A stretch of 62,653 bases of DNA, the filler included, from Barthelona sp. PAP020 (Eukaryota), in NCBI GenBank assembly GCA_040182905.1. It is 14 parts of 14 records of this genome, joined end to end, with 100 filler letters (N's around TTAATTAATTAA, not from the genome) between each part and the next. Parts side by side here need not be neighbours in the genome. Positions count along the whole stretch, not along the records: positions 1 to 4,468 come from JARQWU010000667.1; positions 4,569 to 9,018 come from JARQWU010000669.1; positions 9,119 to 13,560 come from JARQWU010000670.1; 11 more parts are not named here. One strand, given 5' to 3'. Of the stretch, positions 1 to 9,610 are shown in pieces. The translations under genes were made by a program, and so were the position numbers. How positions within the stretch are numbered: the first letter of the stretch is position 1; each line of letters starts with the position of its first letter. The notes under the pieces are model-generated. The model saw only the letters and a program-made list of their open reading frames with translations, was not told where the DNA came from and did not search any database.

Positions 1-1
1 A

Positions 2-97
2 ACCAGCGATTTGCTCTATCACTTATTGGTAATGTTACGAGCAAAAGATGTTGAATTATCTGAAGTGCTTGAAGTTTTAGAAAAAAGGCATAAGTAA
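2..97 (+). CDS. hisIE: 3' end of phosphoribosyl-ATP pyrophosphohydrolase (HisE/HisIE), bacterial, partial
   Basis: Manual translation of frame 2 gives TSDLLYHLLVMLRAKDVELSEVLEVLEKRHK*, matching the HisE C-terminal DLLYHLLV...L..RH motif. Confidence 0.85.
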   Translation, partial: TSDLLYHLLVMLRAKDVELSEVLEVLEKRHK

Positions 98-138
98 CAA
101 TTCATATGGGATGATTAAACTTTGTTTGATTATCCCTT

Positions 139-485
139 TTATTCTTTAATAAGTTTACACAATAATTTTCCAACAGACGTTCCTAATGAACTTTTTAATT
201 TCTCCAAATCTGATTCAAAATTTTTAGATTGTTCAATAGCAATTTTTACATTTGGTAAAAATTTTTCAAAATTAATGTTCGATTTATTATAACCATGAAA
301 CAATTTTGACAACTCTTTATCAATAAATCGTCTTTTAGAGTTAACTTTCCTATTTTTAAGTAGTTCGTCTTCACTATATAAACTGGAGACATTTTCTTTG
401 TGTAGCAGAAGCCAAAATTCAAATAAAGGATTAGAAAGCGCGATATTAAAATTTTCTTTATCACAATTAATTAATAACTCATCAT
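139..485 (-). pseudogene. rloB: C-terminal half of an RloB-like protein, 5'-truncated by IS4
   Basis: Startless minus-strand frame missed by the ORF track: DELLINCDKENFNIALSNPLFEFWLLLHKEN...LGTSVGKLLCKLIKE*. SNPxFExWLLLH is the RloB signature. The frame runs into the IS end at 486. Confidence 0.8.
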
Positions 486-1758
486 CACTACTGTCCGGTT
501 AAAATAACGCCATTTGTTTAATAGGGCTTCGAGCCCTATTTATGCTAAATGAATTTAAAGATAAAATATCAACTAAATTCATTCTGTCTAGGATAACTTC
601 TTTGAACATACGGGACAGTTCTGTAATAGAATGTGAGTATTTTGTCTGGTATTTTATATATGTCAACAGTAGGTAATAACACATAGCAATCCAAACTTGT
701 GATAATATTGCATTTGGAGAAGTGCCCAAAAAGGACTTCACTTTGAGATTTTGTTTAATCCATCTAAAAAATATCTCGATATTCCATCTGGACTTGTATA
801 TATCAGCAATTGTTTTTGCCGATAATTTAAAGTTGTTAGTCATGAATTCACGATATATATCCTCCTCTTCATCATAGATTCCAACCAGTCTCAATTCTTC
901 AGGATATTTATTATCATATAATTGAATTCTATCATCTCGGGCAATAATCTTATGCTTAAATTCTTTGTGCTGTCCGATGACTTCATATTTCATGTTAATT
1001 TTATTTCTTGTAACAAAATAACAACCACGCTTATTCAATGAATATAGCCAATTATAATCAATATAGGCTTTATCTATGGATACGATGCTGTCCGGCAATA
1101 GAGCAAAATCCAATTTTTCAGAATCCCTGACCACTGTAATATCGTGCTTCTTCCCTTGTGTCATTGTCATAAAGGAGGGAATGGAGCCACTATGGTCATA
1201 TAAATAGTGCAATTTTATTGCGCCTTTCCTTTTTCTATATTCTGCCCAGGGAAATAGTTTTAAACAAAGATCGATCGTTGTGGAATCAATGGAATATAGT
1301 GGATTTTTAAATTTGAATTTGTGTTTCGGGGTTACAGAGATACATCGGTCAAGCAGTTTGTAAAATAATCCTTCATATATTTGATAAGGACGTTTATTAA
1401 TATTATCAGAAAGAGTTGATCTCTTTATGTCGATTAAACCAATATGATACCATTTTTTATGATGAACTTTTAAAGAGGTTTCTATTTCTCTAAGGCTATC
1501 TTTGCTTCCTACTTGTGAAAAAAGTAGAACTAGAAATTGCTGCCAGCCCGTAAAATATTTAGTGTAGTGGTTACTATTATATTTCTTTTCTAGTTTCTCA
1601 AATTCATATCGCGGAATTAATTTTAGCAACTCTGTCATAATTGTATTAACTTTTCTTTGCAACTGGTGCTCCTCGGTAACTTTTTTGTTTAGTATCAAAA
1701 ATTACCATTTTTTTCATGGAGTACCAGTGCTTTTATAATTTTTTACCGGACACTAGTG
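486..1758 (-). mobile_element. IS4-family insertion sequence
   Basis: Terminal inverted repeats CACTACTGTCCGGTTAAAA (486-504) and TTTTACCGGACACTAGTG (1741-1758) bracket a transposase. No flanking target-site duplication is visible. Confidence 0.9.
499..1698 (-). CDS. IS4-family DDE transposase with DUF4372-like N-terminus
   Basis: Motifs IDSTTIDL, HD, DKAY and YKSRWNIEIFFRWIKQNL (YREK-type). N-terminal WQQFLVLLFSQ...SLREIE. The true start may be slightly downstream. Confidence 0.93.
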   Translation of the reverse strand: MILNKKVTEEHQLQRKVNTIMTELLKLIPRYEFEKLEKKYNSNHYTKYFTGWQQFLVLLFSQVGSKDSLREIETSLKVHHKKWYHIGLIDIKRSTLSDNINKRPYQIYEGLFYKLLDRCISVTPKHKFKFKNPLYSIDSTTIDLCLKLFPWAEYRKRKGAIKLHYLYDHSGSIPSFMTMTQGKKHDITVVRDSEKLDFALLPDSIVSIDKAYIDYNWLYSLNKRGCYFVTRNKINMKYEVIGQHKEFKHKIIARDDRIQLYDNKYPEELRLVGIYDEEEDIYREFMTNNFKLSAKTIADIYKSRWNIEIFFRWIKQNLKVKSFLGTSPNAILSQVWIAMCYYLLLTYIKYQTKYSHSITELSRMFKEVILDRMNLVDILSLNSFSINRARSPIKQMALF

Positions 1759-1759
1759 A

Positions 1760-2324
1760 GAAAAATATAAAGAGTATTTTGAGCCTGATGACAGGAGTTT
1801 GATGCAAATTCATATTAATAGAAAAGAAGATTATCTGAATGAATTTGTTCTTGATCATCATTTTCACTCAAATGTACCTGAAGAAATAAAGGAAGCATAT
1901 AAAACAGTTCAATATTTGATGGCTCATTCTTATTATTATTGGCCATTATATGATGAATCCATTCGAAAATTATCAATGATTTTAGAAACAGCAATTAAAA
2001 TCAAAGCAAAAGAATATGGTATTGACACTGGAAGTTCTAATAATTTCATCAGTCTTAACAAAATCATAAAAAACGTTTGCCAAAAAGAATCAAATAAAGA
2101 TATGTTTTCATTTCTGGATCGAGGACGGGACATTAGAAATATTTTTATTCATATGAATGCTAATAATTATATGGGGGCAAATCCAGGTACACTTAAAAAT
2201 ATTCGTTTTTATCTTAATGCAATAAATTTGTTATTTGCAGATTATACATTATTTGGTAATGTAAATAATAGAAGAAAACAACTTGATGCAATAAAAAATA
2301 ATTTCAAAGATAGTCTCTATATTC
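1760..2324 (+). pseudogene. Bacterial hypothetical gene with a HEPN-like Rx4H motif, cut by IS66 at the 3' end and probably by IS4 at the 5' end
   Basis: The frame is open from the IS4 boundary (EKYKEYFEPDDRSLMQIH...) and contains helical ILETAIK and RDIRNIFIH. Sequence after 2324 is IS66 antisense. Confidence 0.55.
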
Positions 2325-3733
2325 GTAACTACTCAGGTGTATTAAACCTTAGAATCAATAATAAAAGGTTTGCCACAGAAAGCATTGGACAGTTCATCCA
2401 AAACATTGCCGCCATTTTTCAAAACAGTCGAAATATAACTACGAACATTAGCAAAATTATCTGCTCCCTTTTTCGTTCTGAAGGATCCTGATATTTTCTG
2501 CTTAACTTTAATCATTCTAATATCACGCTCTCCCTGATTGTTGTCGAAAGGGACTTCTAAATTATACATAAACAATAGAGTGTTCTCTTTATAATTTTCT
2601 AACCTTTTCAAAAGATTCATCGGCTTTTTAGTATTGTCAATTTGTTTATTGACAAAATATCCATCTTTAATTATTTCGTCATATTTTCTCTCATAATATT
2701 TTATAAACGATCCGGGTATACCATCTCCTGACTCACGGAATTCATCAACTTTTGCTTTTATTTCCAATAAATGTTGAAACATGTCCTTTGCCCACTTTTG
2801 TTTATAATTTTCTGCTATGAACTTCAGTTCCCTCAAATGGTGAACGTTACATAAAGAGTGCTTTGCATTCTGATATTTTAGATATGCTTTCCAAAAATCG
2901 TGAATCATAATTCCTATAAATTTGTTGATAACACCTATCTCATCCATGGCTGTACTGCCACGATTTTTGTGGATTCCATAAAAGGTGGCTTTTTTATTAC
3001 TGGCACTATGGAGCCAATGTAAACTTTCTGCTGTCCGAACTCCAGATTCGTCAACATGCAGAATATTTGAATTGCGTAAATATTCTTTTATTGCTTCCAA
3101 AGATGATGTTATGCTTTGCTCTAATTCCATGCTGGCTTTTATGATAGTAGATTCGGATATTGAATGTGAAAACAGATCTCTGAATATTTCTCTGGTTCTT
3201 TTCAGGGGCATGAAATGATAATTTGTAAAGTAACTAATAACACTTTTTACATTTGTTCCATATTGTACTGGAGATTTGACTTTTTTGGGGAAAACACCTT
3301 TGTTTTTATGACCACATACCGGACAAGTCTTGATTTCTACATGATGTTCCGTAACTTGGATATTAATTGGGGGAAGATCAAATACCTGTCGTTTTTCTAT
3401 CTCTTCAACTATAATATTTTTGAGGGAATTTTGACAATGATTACATTGGTTTATTGGATGTATGATTATTGTATCGATATCTTCACTCTGTTGCAATGTA
3501 TGTCCTTTGTGTCCGGGTTGGCCTCCTGTTTTTTTATTACTCTTGTTTCTGAGGCTATTTGTTTGTCTGGGTGGTTTAGTATATCCATCACTCGAGGGAG
3601 GCTTACTACTATTGCTACTGTTTTTGTTTACTTGGTCACTTAATTTTTGAATCACATCATTTTGTTTTTCAATGTAAGTAATTAATTCCTTCACCGTGTT
3701 TGTCAAATCAAAAAATAATTGTTTCGTTGCATC
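2325..3733 (-). mobile_element. IS66-family element; the other end is lost in the assembly gap
   Basis: The end motif GTAACTACTCAG at 2325 lies just after the transposase stop and coincides with interruption of the host ORF. Confidence 0.8.
2342..3706 (-). CDS. IS66-family transposase (TnpC-like)
   Basis: Motifs NSSNSSKPPSSDG, GGQPGHKG, CxxC...CPxCG zinc finger, HVDESG, HDFW, CNVHHLREL and FDNNQGERDIR. May be 5'-incomplete at the gap. Confidence 0.93.
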   Translation of the reverse strand: MTNTVKELITYIEKQNDVIQKLSDQVNKNSSNSSKPPSSDGYTKPPRQTNSLRNKSNKKTGGQPGHKGHTLQQSEDIDTIIIHPINQCNHCQNSLKNIIVEEIEKRQVFDLPPINIQVTEHHVEIKTCPVCGHKNKGVFPKKVKSPVQYGTNVKSVISYFTNYHFMPLKRTREIFRDLFSHSISESTIIKASMELEQSITSSLEAIKEYLRNSNILHVDESGVRTAESLHWLHSASNKKATFYGIHKNRGSTAMDEIGVINKFIGIMIHDFWKAYLKYQNAKHSLCNVHHLRELKFIAENYKQKWAKDMFQHLLEIKAKVDEFRESGDGIPGSFIKYYERKYDEIIKDGYFVNKQIDNTKKPMNLLKRLENYKENTLLFMYNLEVPFDNNQGERDIRMIKVKQKISGSFRTKKGADNFANVRSYISTVLKNGGNVLDELSNAFCGKPFIIDSKV

Positions 3734-4121
3734 NNNNNNNNNNNNNNNNNNNNNNNNNNNNNNNNNNNNNNNNNNNNNNNNNNNNNNNNNNNNNNNNNNN
3801 NNNNNNNNNNNNNNNNNNNNNNNNNNNNNNNNNNNNNNNNNNNNNNNNNNNNNNNNNNNNNNNNNNNNNNNNNNNNNNNNNNNNNNNNNNNNNNNNNNNN
3901 NNNNNNNNNNNNNNNNNNNNNNNNNNNNNNNNNNNNNNNNNNNNNNNNNNNNNNNNNNNNNNNNNNNNNNNNNNNNNNNNNNNNNNNNNNNNNNNNNNNN
4001 NNNNNNNNNNNNNNNNNNNNNNNNNNNNNNNTTATATTTGCTTATACTTTCAAATTATTATAATCAATTTTAAATTACATATTTCTAACGAAAAAATTGA
4101 AGATAATGTTTTTAATATCAT

Positions 4122-4468
4122 TCACTTAATACTTCTGTCAAAGTATGNNNNNNNNNNACTTTTTATCCGTTTAAATTTTTCAGTTTTCTCAGTATTTGGA
4201 TTATTATAAATTTTATCCTGAATATACTGTTTCACGTAATTTGAATAGTAGGCTTGATATTCATAAACACCTGCTATATTAGTGATGACATCAATATCCA
4301 TATATGCAATAGCATGAGTTAATTTTGCTGTTTCCCAAGAAGTGGAACTCAAAAATGGCATATTCAATTCAAGTTCTTTTCTTGGACTATCATTTTTGCT
4401 TTCTGTATTTAATAGACTGTCAATCTTAACGTGCAATAGTTTGTGTTGTTCCAGCATTTTTTCAACTT
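4122..4468 (-). CDS. Bacterial hypothetical protein, partial
   Basis: Open frame running from the contig end, interrupted by a short N gap. No recognised motif. Confidence 0.45.
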
Positions 4469-4568
4469 NNNNNNNNNNNNNNNNNNNNNNNNNNNNNNNN
4501 NNNNNNNNNNNNTTAATTAATTAANNNNNNNNNNNNNNNNNNNNNNNNNNNNNNNNNNNNNNNNNNNN
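4469..4568. other. Artificial contig linker (N run + TTAATTAATTAA + N run). The 12-mer starts at 4513, 9063, 13605, 18145, 22670, 27194, 31717, 36195, 40669, 45094, 49508, 53914 and 58314.
   Basis: Identical six-frame-stop 12-mer inside N runs. Intervening contig lengths decrease steadily. Confidence 0.98.
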
Positions 4569-4767
4569 TTCATTTGTTTTGGTTTTATTGGATTGATGGG
4601 TAGTTTTGTTGTTGTTACATGTGGAGTGACTCGTGTGGTTGAAGAACAGCATGAAAATGAATTAAATGGTGAAATGAAAATGTATTTTAAATTTACAAGT
4701 TGAAACTATGAGAAGCGAGGTGAAACATGAAATCATGAGGCATAAATGCAAAATGCAATGTGAAGTT

Positions 4768-6939
4768 TTACAGGTCTGAAGCTATGAATTCTTGGATTGG
4801 GGCATTATTCGGATAATCGTCACCACTACACAACAAACGAGTTCCATCATGGTAAAGGACAATGGTATAAATAACAAAACGTACTTTCACTTTCTGCAAC
4901 ACTTGACCAGTTTCTCCTCGAATCACAGCAAATGATTTGTCAGAAGAACCAGAATAGATCAATGAACCATCTTGGGAGAAGATGATTGAGTATATTTGAC
5001 TATCATGAACCTTATACTTTCCCAACAACTCTTTAGATTCAACATCAAATATTCTGATTGTACCAACTCCATCACCTGTTATCCAATAAGCACTATCAGG
5101 TGAGAAGTTGCCTGAGCTGACCCACTTTCCATCATGACTCCATGTGTGAAGCTCTTCATACGTCCTCAATGAAAACAACTTTGAACATCCATCATAGCTG
5201 ACAGAAGCAAAGTACTTCATATCGGGGCTGATGCGTACAGATCGAACATATTCTTCATGAGCTAGAGATTCATGCAACTTCTGTCCTTCTACAGTGTATA
5301 TGCCAATCAAACCTCCAGTCATACCAAAAGAAAGCAATTTGCCATCTGGTGAAAACCACATACGTTTTACATCCCATGCCATGGCCCTAATCACTCTTAC
5401 TGTTCTCCAAGTATCAACCTCAATGATATGAATTGCTGGACCATCACCACCAACAGCCAATAAGTTGGAGTCTGGACTGAAATTGAGACCAAAAGCAAAT
5501 GCAACATACTCCCCTTCATGCACAATTTCATGTGTTTTAGCGTTGTATACTCTGAGTAATTTACTTTCCTGTCCAGCAATCGCAAAAAAGCGTCCATTAG
5601 GGCTGTAATCAAGGGCATCAACGTCAATATCAGGAAACTCTTCACTAAACGCAGGCCTTTCTCCAAATCTTTCGACTGCTCGAACAATTTGCTTTCCATT
5701 TTCAACACTTTGTTTTATATCATCGCGGTTCACAAGTTCATTCAACTGGTCAGTTAAATCAGTTGAAACCAGTTGTTTTCCGTCATTGTTGTTCATAAGA
5801 TCATTCAATTGGTTTGTCAAATGATTGACTTGATTTGCTAATTCTTGGTTGTGACTTGTCAATTTCTCTTTCTCTTCTTTCAACTCATCGTTTTCATCAG
5901 TCAATTCTTGAACCCTTTCCACATATCCCTTTCTTTCCAAAAGCCAACTGTTCTTTTCCTTTTCCAAAGTTGCAACTCTCTTCACCAACCTCTTCTCGTC
6001 GAATCCCAACCCCTCAAAACGCTCAATCAGCATCTGCAAATACTCAGTGATCTCACTGAACGTTGGCCTGGCAGCTGCATCAACATTCAAACATCTTTTG
6101 ATGATTCCAAACCCAGGTATTGTGTCCAACAATTCTTGAGCATACGGAAGTTGACCCTTGCTCAATTGAATTATGACTTTCAACTCACTCAATCCATCAA
6201 ATGGAACAAACCCAGAAATGACCTGAGCCAACATTACACCAAAAGACCATGCGTCAACAGCCGTCCCTATTATGTTCTCCTCTTCATTTGCCAACTCAGG
6301 AGCAGCATATCTCGCAGCACCCATCATGGAATTGGCGGAGCTCCTGTTTGCATCACGAACAAGCCCAAAATCAGCGATGGCAGGCGTATACACCCCATCT
6401 ACTCCACGTCTCAACAACACATTATTTGGCTTAAGATCCCTGTGCATAACACCTTTTCCATGACAAAACTCAAGCGCAGTGGAAACCTGCATCATGATGA
6501 CCAACTTTTCCTTCAAAGACAACTCTGGTATCATTTCCTCCAGATCGGCATCACAATATTCCATAACAACAGCCTTTTTGTATTCAATTTCAGTAACTCC
6601 AAACACCTGTCGAATAAATGGATGATCCAACAACATCGCAAAACATTCTCGATCAAGTTCATCTTTTTCAAGTTCATCTTTTTCAACCTTTCTCGTAAAA
6701 AACTTAATTATTGCACGCTTTCCATGTCTTTTTGCAAGATGTAGGTAGCTACCACTTCCTGTAGCGATGTTGTTTTTAACTATTTCAAACTCCCCTCCTG
6801 GTATATTGATGTCATTTGATTTCAAAAAATTATCCAATTTTTCAAAAGCATCTTCTTCTGGTTCTTTAACAATTTTTTTGCGTTTCTTTGCACATTGTTC
6901 AAGTTCGTGTGACCCTTGGTTTTCCTCAAAGGTGAACAT
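4768..6939 (-). CDS. Protein kinase + coiled coil + WD40 beta-propeller protein
   Basis: Kinase motifs AIIK, HRDLKPNN, DFG, YAAPE and DAWSFG, then a heptad-rich linker and about 7 WD40 repeats (FSPD/ISPD turns). First ATG at 6939. Confidence 0.92.
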   Translation of the reverse strand: MFTFEENQGSHELEQCAKKRKKIVKEPEEDAFEKLDNFLKSNDINIPGGEFEIVKNNIATGSGSYLHLAKRHGKRAIIKFFTRKVEKDELEKDELDRECFAMLLDHPFIRQVFGVTEIEYKKAVVMEYCDADLEEMIPELSLKEKLVIMMQVSTALEFCHGKGVMHRDLKPNNVLLRRGVDGVYTPAIADFGLVRDANRSSANSMMGAARYAAPELANEEENIIGTAVDAWSFGVMLAQVISGFVPFDGLSELKVIIQLSKGQLPYAQELLDTIPGFGIIKRCLNVDAAARPTFSEITEYLQMLIERFEGLGFDEKRLVKRVATLEKEKNSWLLERKGYVERVQELTDENDELKEEKEKLTSHNQELANQVNHLTNQLNDLMNNNDGKQLVSTDLTDQLNELVNRDDIKQSVENGKQIVRAVERFGERPAFSEEFPDIDVDALDYSPNGRFFAIAGQESKLLRVYNAKTHEIVHEGEYVAFAFGLNFSPDSNLLAVGGDGPAIHIIEVDTWRTVRVIRAMAWDVKRMWFSPDGKLLSFGMTGGLIGIYTVEGQKLHESLAHEEYVRSVRISPDMKYFASVSYDGCSKLFSLRTYEELHTWSHDGKWVSSGNFSPDSAYWITGDGVGTIRIFDVESKELLGKYKVHDSQIYSIIFSQDGSLIYSGSSDKSFAVIRGETGQVLQKVKVRFVIYTIVLYHDGTRLLCSGDDYPNNAPIQEFIASDL

Positions 6940-7299
6940 GGGTAAAAAAACTGTGAAATTTTGCAAAACATTTTTTCAACTTCTATTTTAGCTTTCTGTT
7001 AGATTTCAGTTTATTGTATTATTCAAAAAAGTAGTGTAATCTTCTGTTCAATATTTATTATTTACCTGAAAAGAACTTTTTTGAGAAATTCTGGTTTTTG
7101 ATTTCCAAAAGGTTTTCAAAAACCGATAAATTTATAAATATTAACATCACTCAAGATATTTTGAGGTCTTTTTCCTTTCAAAAATATATCTCAATGCGGA
7201 TAAACTTCAAATGCTTAACATTTGTTTGAGTTCCATGTCAAAATAGAACAAACATAGTTATTATTGATTGAACAGATTGGATGAGGAACAACAACCATT

Positions 7300-7445
7300 T
7301 TTTTCACTGTAAATAGACAATATTGTTGTTTCACAATGCAGCAACAAGCTTTAAAGCGCTGTACGGTTGAGTGAATAAGAAAGAATAGCGTTTATTGGTA
7401 AAAGGCTTTACATGCCGATTTAACTGTTGAAAATGTATTTTTCTA
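7300..7445 (+). repeat. Degenerate repeat family B, tail-to-head junction
   Basis: A B-like 3' end (gtaaata..tattgttgtttcacaa) is directly followed by a B-like 5' end (tgagtgaataagaaagaatagcgtttattggtaaaaggcttt). Confidence 0.6.
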
Positions 7446-8196
7446 AAATGAAAGTCAGATACCGCAAAATCGGAAAAGAACTGGGTAAAATTTTATCCCA
7501 TTTGTTCCTGCTTGACAAAATTGAATGCAACTAGTTTATTTCCTTCTCAAGGCTAGACTTTCCCTCAGATAACAACAATGAGATTTCTCCTTTCTTTTCT
7601 CTGAAATTTAAATGTGTTGAACTCGACCAAGGAATTGTTTGATATTTTTGAGGCTTGATTAATCAAAGCTTCTTCAATTCTTTGAATGCCAAACTTCTCT
7701 TGAAAGAATGAAAACATAAACACAGGTGAATTTGAAGCATAAAATCATTGGCAGGTGAGGCAAGCTATTATGTTCAATTGAAAACACCAAGCCACACTTT
7801 TTTGGACTTTAAATTGATGATAAAGGGTCTATTGAGTCAATTCTTTGGGATTAATTTGGCAAGATACGATATGTCAGAGAGTTCATGACTGCAACCTGTT
7901 GAGTTGGTTCAAATAAACAGGTATTTGCCCGAATCAAGAGAAACACTGCAAAAACAAGAGGATAAAAGTTTGGGATCTTGAATTTCTCAAATCGTTTGAT
8001 TGTTTTGGTTTTATTGGGTTGATGGGTGGTTTTTGTTGTTGTGGGTGGGTGGAATGCGTCATATGGTTGAAGAACCATATGAAAATGCATTAAATGATGA
8101 AATGAAAATGTGTTTTAAATTTACAAGTTATAGAACCTGAGAAGCGAGGTGAAACGTGCAATCATGGGATATAAATGCAAAATGCAACATGAAACT

Positions 8197-9018
8197 CTAC
8201 AGGTTTGATGCAATGAATTCTTGAATTGGAACATTATTCCTATCATTCCATCCACTACACAACAAACGAGTTCCATCATGGTTGAGGGCCATAGCACGAA
8301 TATTAAAACCCACACGCACTTCCTGCAACACTTGACCTGTTTCTCTTCGAATCACAGCAAATGATTTGTCCTCACAACCAGAATAGATCAATGAACCATC
8401 TTGGGAGAAGATGATTGAGTATATCCACCCATCATGAAGCTTGTACTTTCCCAACAACTCTCTAGATTCAACATCAAAAATCCTGATTGTCCCATTGGTA
8501 TCACCTGTCGCCCAATAAGCACTATTGGGTGAGAAGCTGCCTGATCTGACCTGCTTTCCATCATGACTCCACGTGTGAAGCTCTTCATATGTCTCCAATG
8601 AAAACAACTTTGAACATCCATCTTGACTGACAGAGGCAAAGTACTTCATATCTGGGCTGATACGTACAGATCGAACATATTTTTCATGAGCTCGAGATTT
8701 ATGCAACTTCTGTCCTTCTACCGTGTATATCGCAATGTAACCATTATCCATACCAAAAGAAAGCAATTTGCCATCTGATGAGAACCACACACTTGATACA
8801 TCGCTTGTCATATCAGTAATCACTCTTACTGTTCTCCAAGTATCAACCTCAATGATATGAATTGCTGGACCATGACCACCAACAGCCAATAGTTTGGAGT
8901 TTGGACTGAAATTAAGACCAAGAGCCTTCAAATACACTCCTTCATGCACAATTTCATGTGTTTCAGCATTGTAGACTCTGAGTAATTTACCATAACGTCC
9001 TGCAACCGCAAAAAACCG
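8197..9018 (-). CDS. WD40 domain of a tandem paralog of 4768-6939, 5'-truncated by the contig end
   Basis: Colinear with the WD40 region of the neighbour (RFFAVAGRYGKLLRVYNAETHEIVHEG...PIQEFIASNL). The 3' flank is also duplicated (about 7990-8196 vs 4569-4767). Confidence 0.9.
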   Translation of the reverse strand, partial: RFFAVAGRYGKLLRVYNAETHEIVHEGVYLKALGLNFSPNSKLLAVGGHGPAIHIIEVDTWRTVRVITDMTSDVSSVWFSSDGKLLSFGMDNGYIAIYTVEGQKLHKSRAHEKYVRSVRISPDMKYFASVSQDGCSKLFSLETYEELHTWSHDGKQVRSGSFSPNSAYWATGDTNGTIRIFDVESRELLGKYKLHDGWIYSIIFSQDGSLIYSGCEDKSFAVIRRETGQVLQEVRVGFNIRAMALNHDGTRLLCSGWNDRNNVPIQEFIASNL

Positions 9019-9118
9019 NNNNNNNNNNNNNNNNNNNNNNNNNNNNNNNNNNNNNNNNNNNNTTAATTAATTAANNNNNNNNNNNNNNNNNNNNNNNNNN
9101 NNNNNNNNNNNNNNNNNN

Positions 9119-9610
9119 AGATGACCATAACAACAACTAATATACAATGGAGAGCAATCATCTTCATCACATTGATTAACATCAACCCCATGATCTTCTA
9201 AGAGCATTTTGGCAACATCAAGATGACCATTTTCACAACTAACGAACAATGGAGAGCGACCATACTTAGTGCATTGATTGGCATCAACTCCATGATCTTC
9301 TAACAACATTTTGGCAACATCAAGATGACCATAACAACAACTAATATACAATGGAGAGCAATCATCTTCATCACATTGATTAACATCAACCCCATGATCT
9401 TCTAAGAGCATTTTGGCAACATCAAGATGACCATTTTGACAACTAACGAACAATGGAGAGCAACCATATTTATCACATTGATTAACATCAACCCCGTAAT
9501 CCTCTAAGAGCATTTTGGCAACATCAAGATGACCTCGTTGACAACTAACGAACAATGGCGAGCAACCATTTTTAGTACATTGATTAACTTCAACCCCATG
9601 ATCCAACAAC
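9119..9610 (-). repeat. Coding tandem repeat of 102-bp ankyrin units
   Basis: Near-identical units containing agcattttggcaacatcaagatgacc, spaced 102 bp apart. Confidence 0.9.

Noticed and set aside
246..464. 72-aa ORF from the track
   Set aside because: It is the wrong frame. The RloB-like startless frame at 139-485 explains this DNA.
4513..4524. Regularly spaced TTAATTAATTAA as a biological repeat or chromosome-breakage signal
   Set aside because: It is always embedded in N runs of fixed length between size-sorted contigs, which marks it as an artificial six-frame-stop linker.
5845..6744. 299-aa plus-strand ORF and other short overlapping ORFs in the track
   Set aside because: They are antisense or alternative-frame shadows of well-supported genes or repeats and have no motifs of their own.
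486..6939. Bacterial IS elements inserted next to eukaryotic genes (horizontal transfer)
   Set aside because: They are on different contigs separated by a linker, so no physical linkage is shown.
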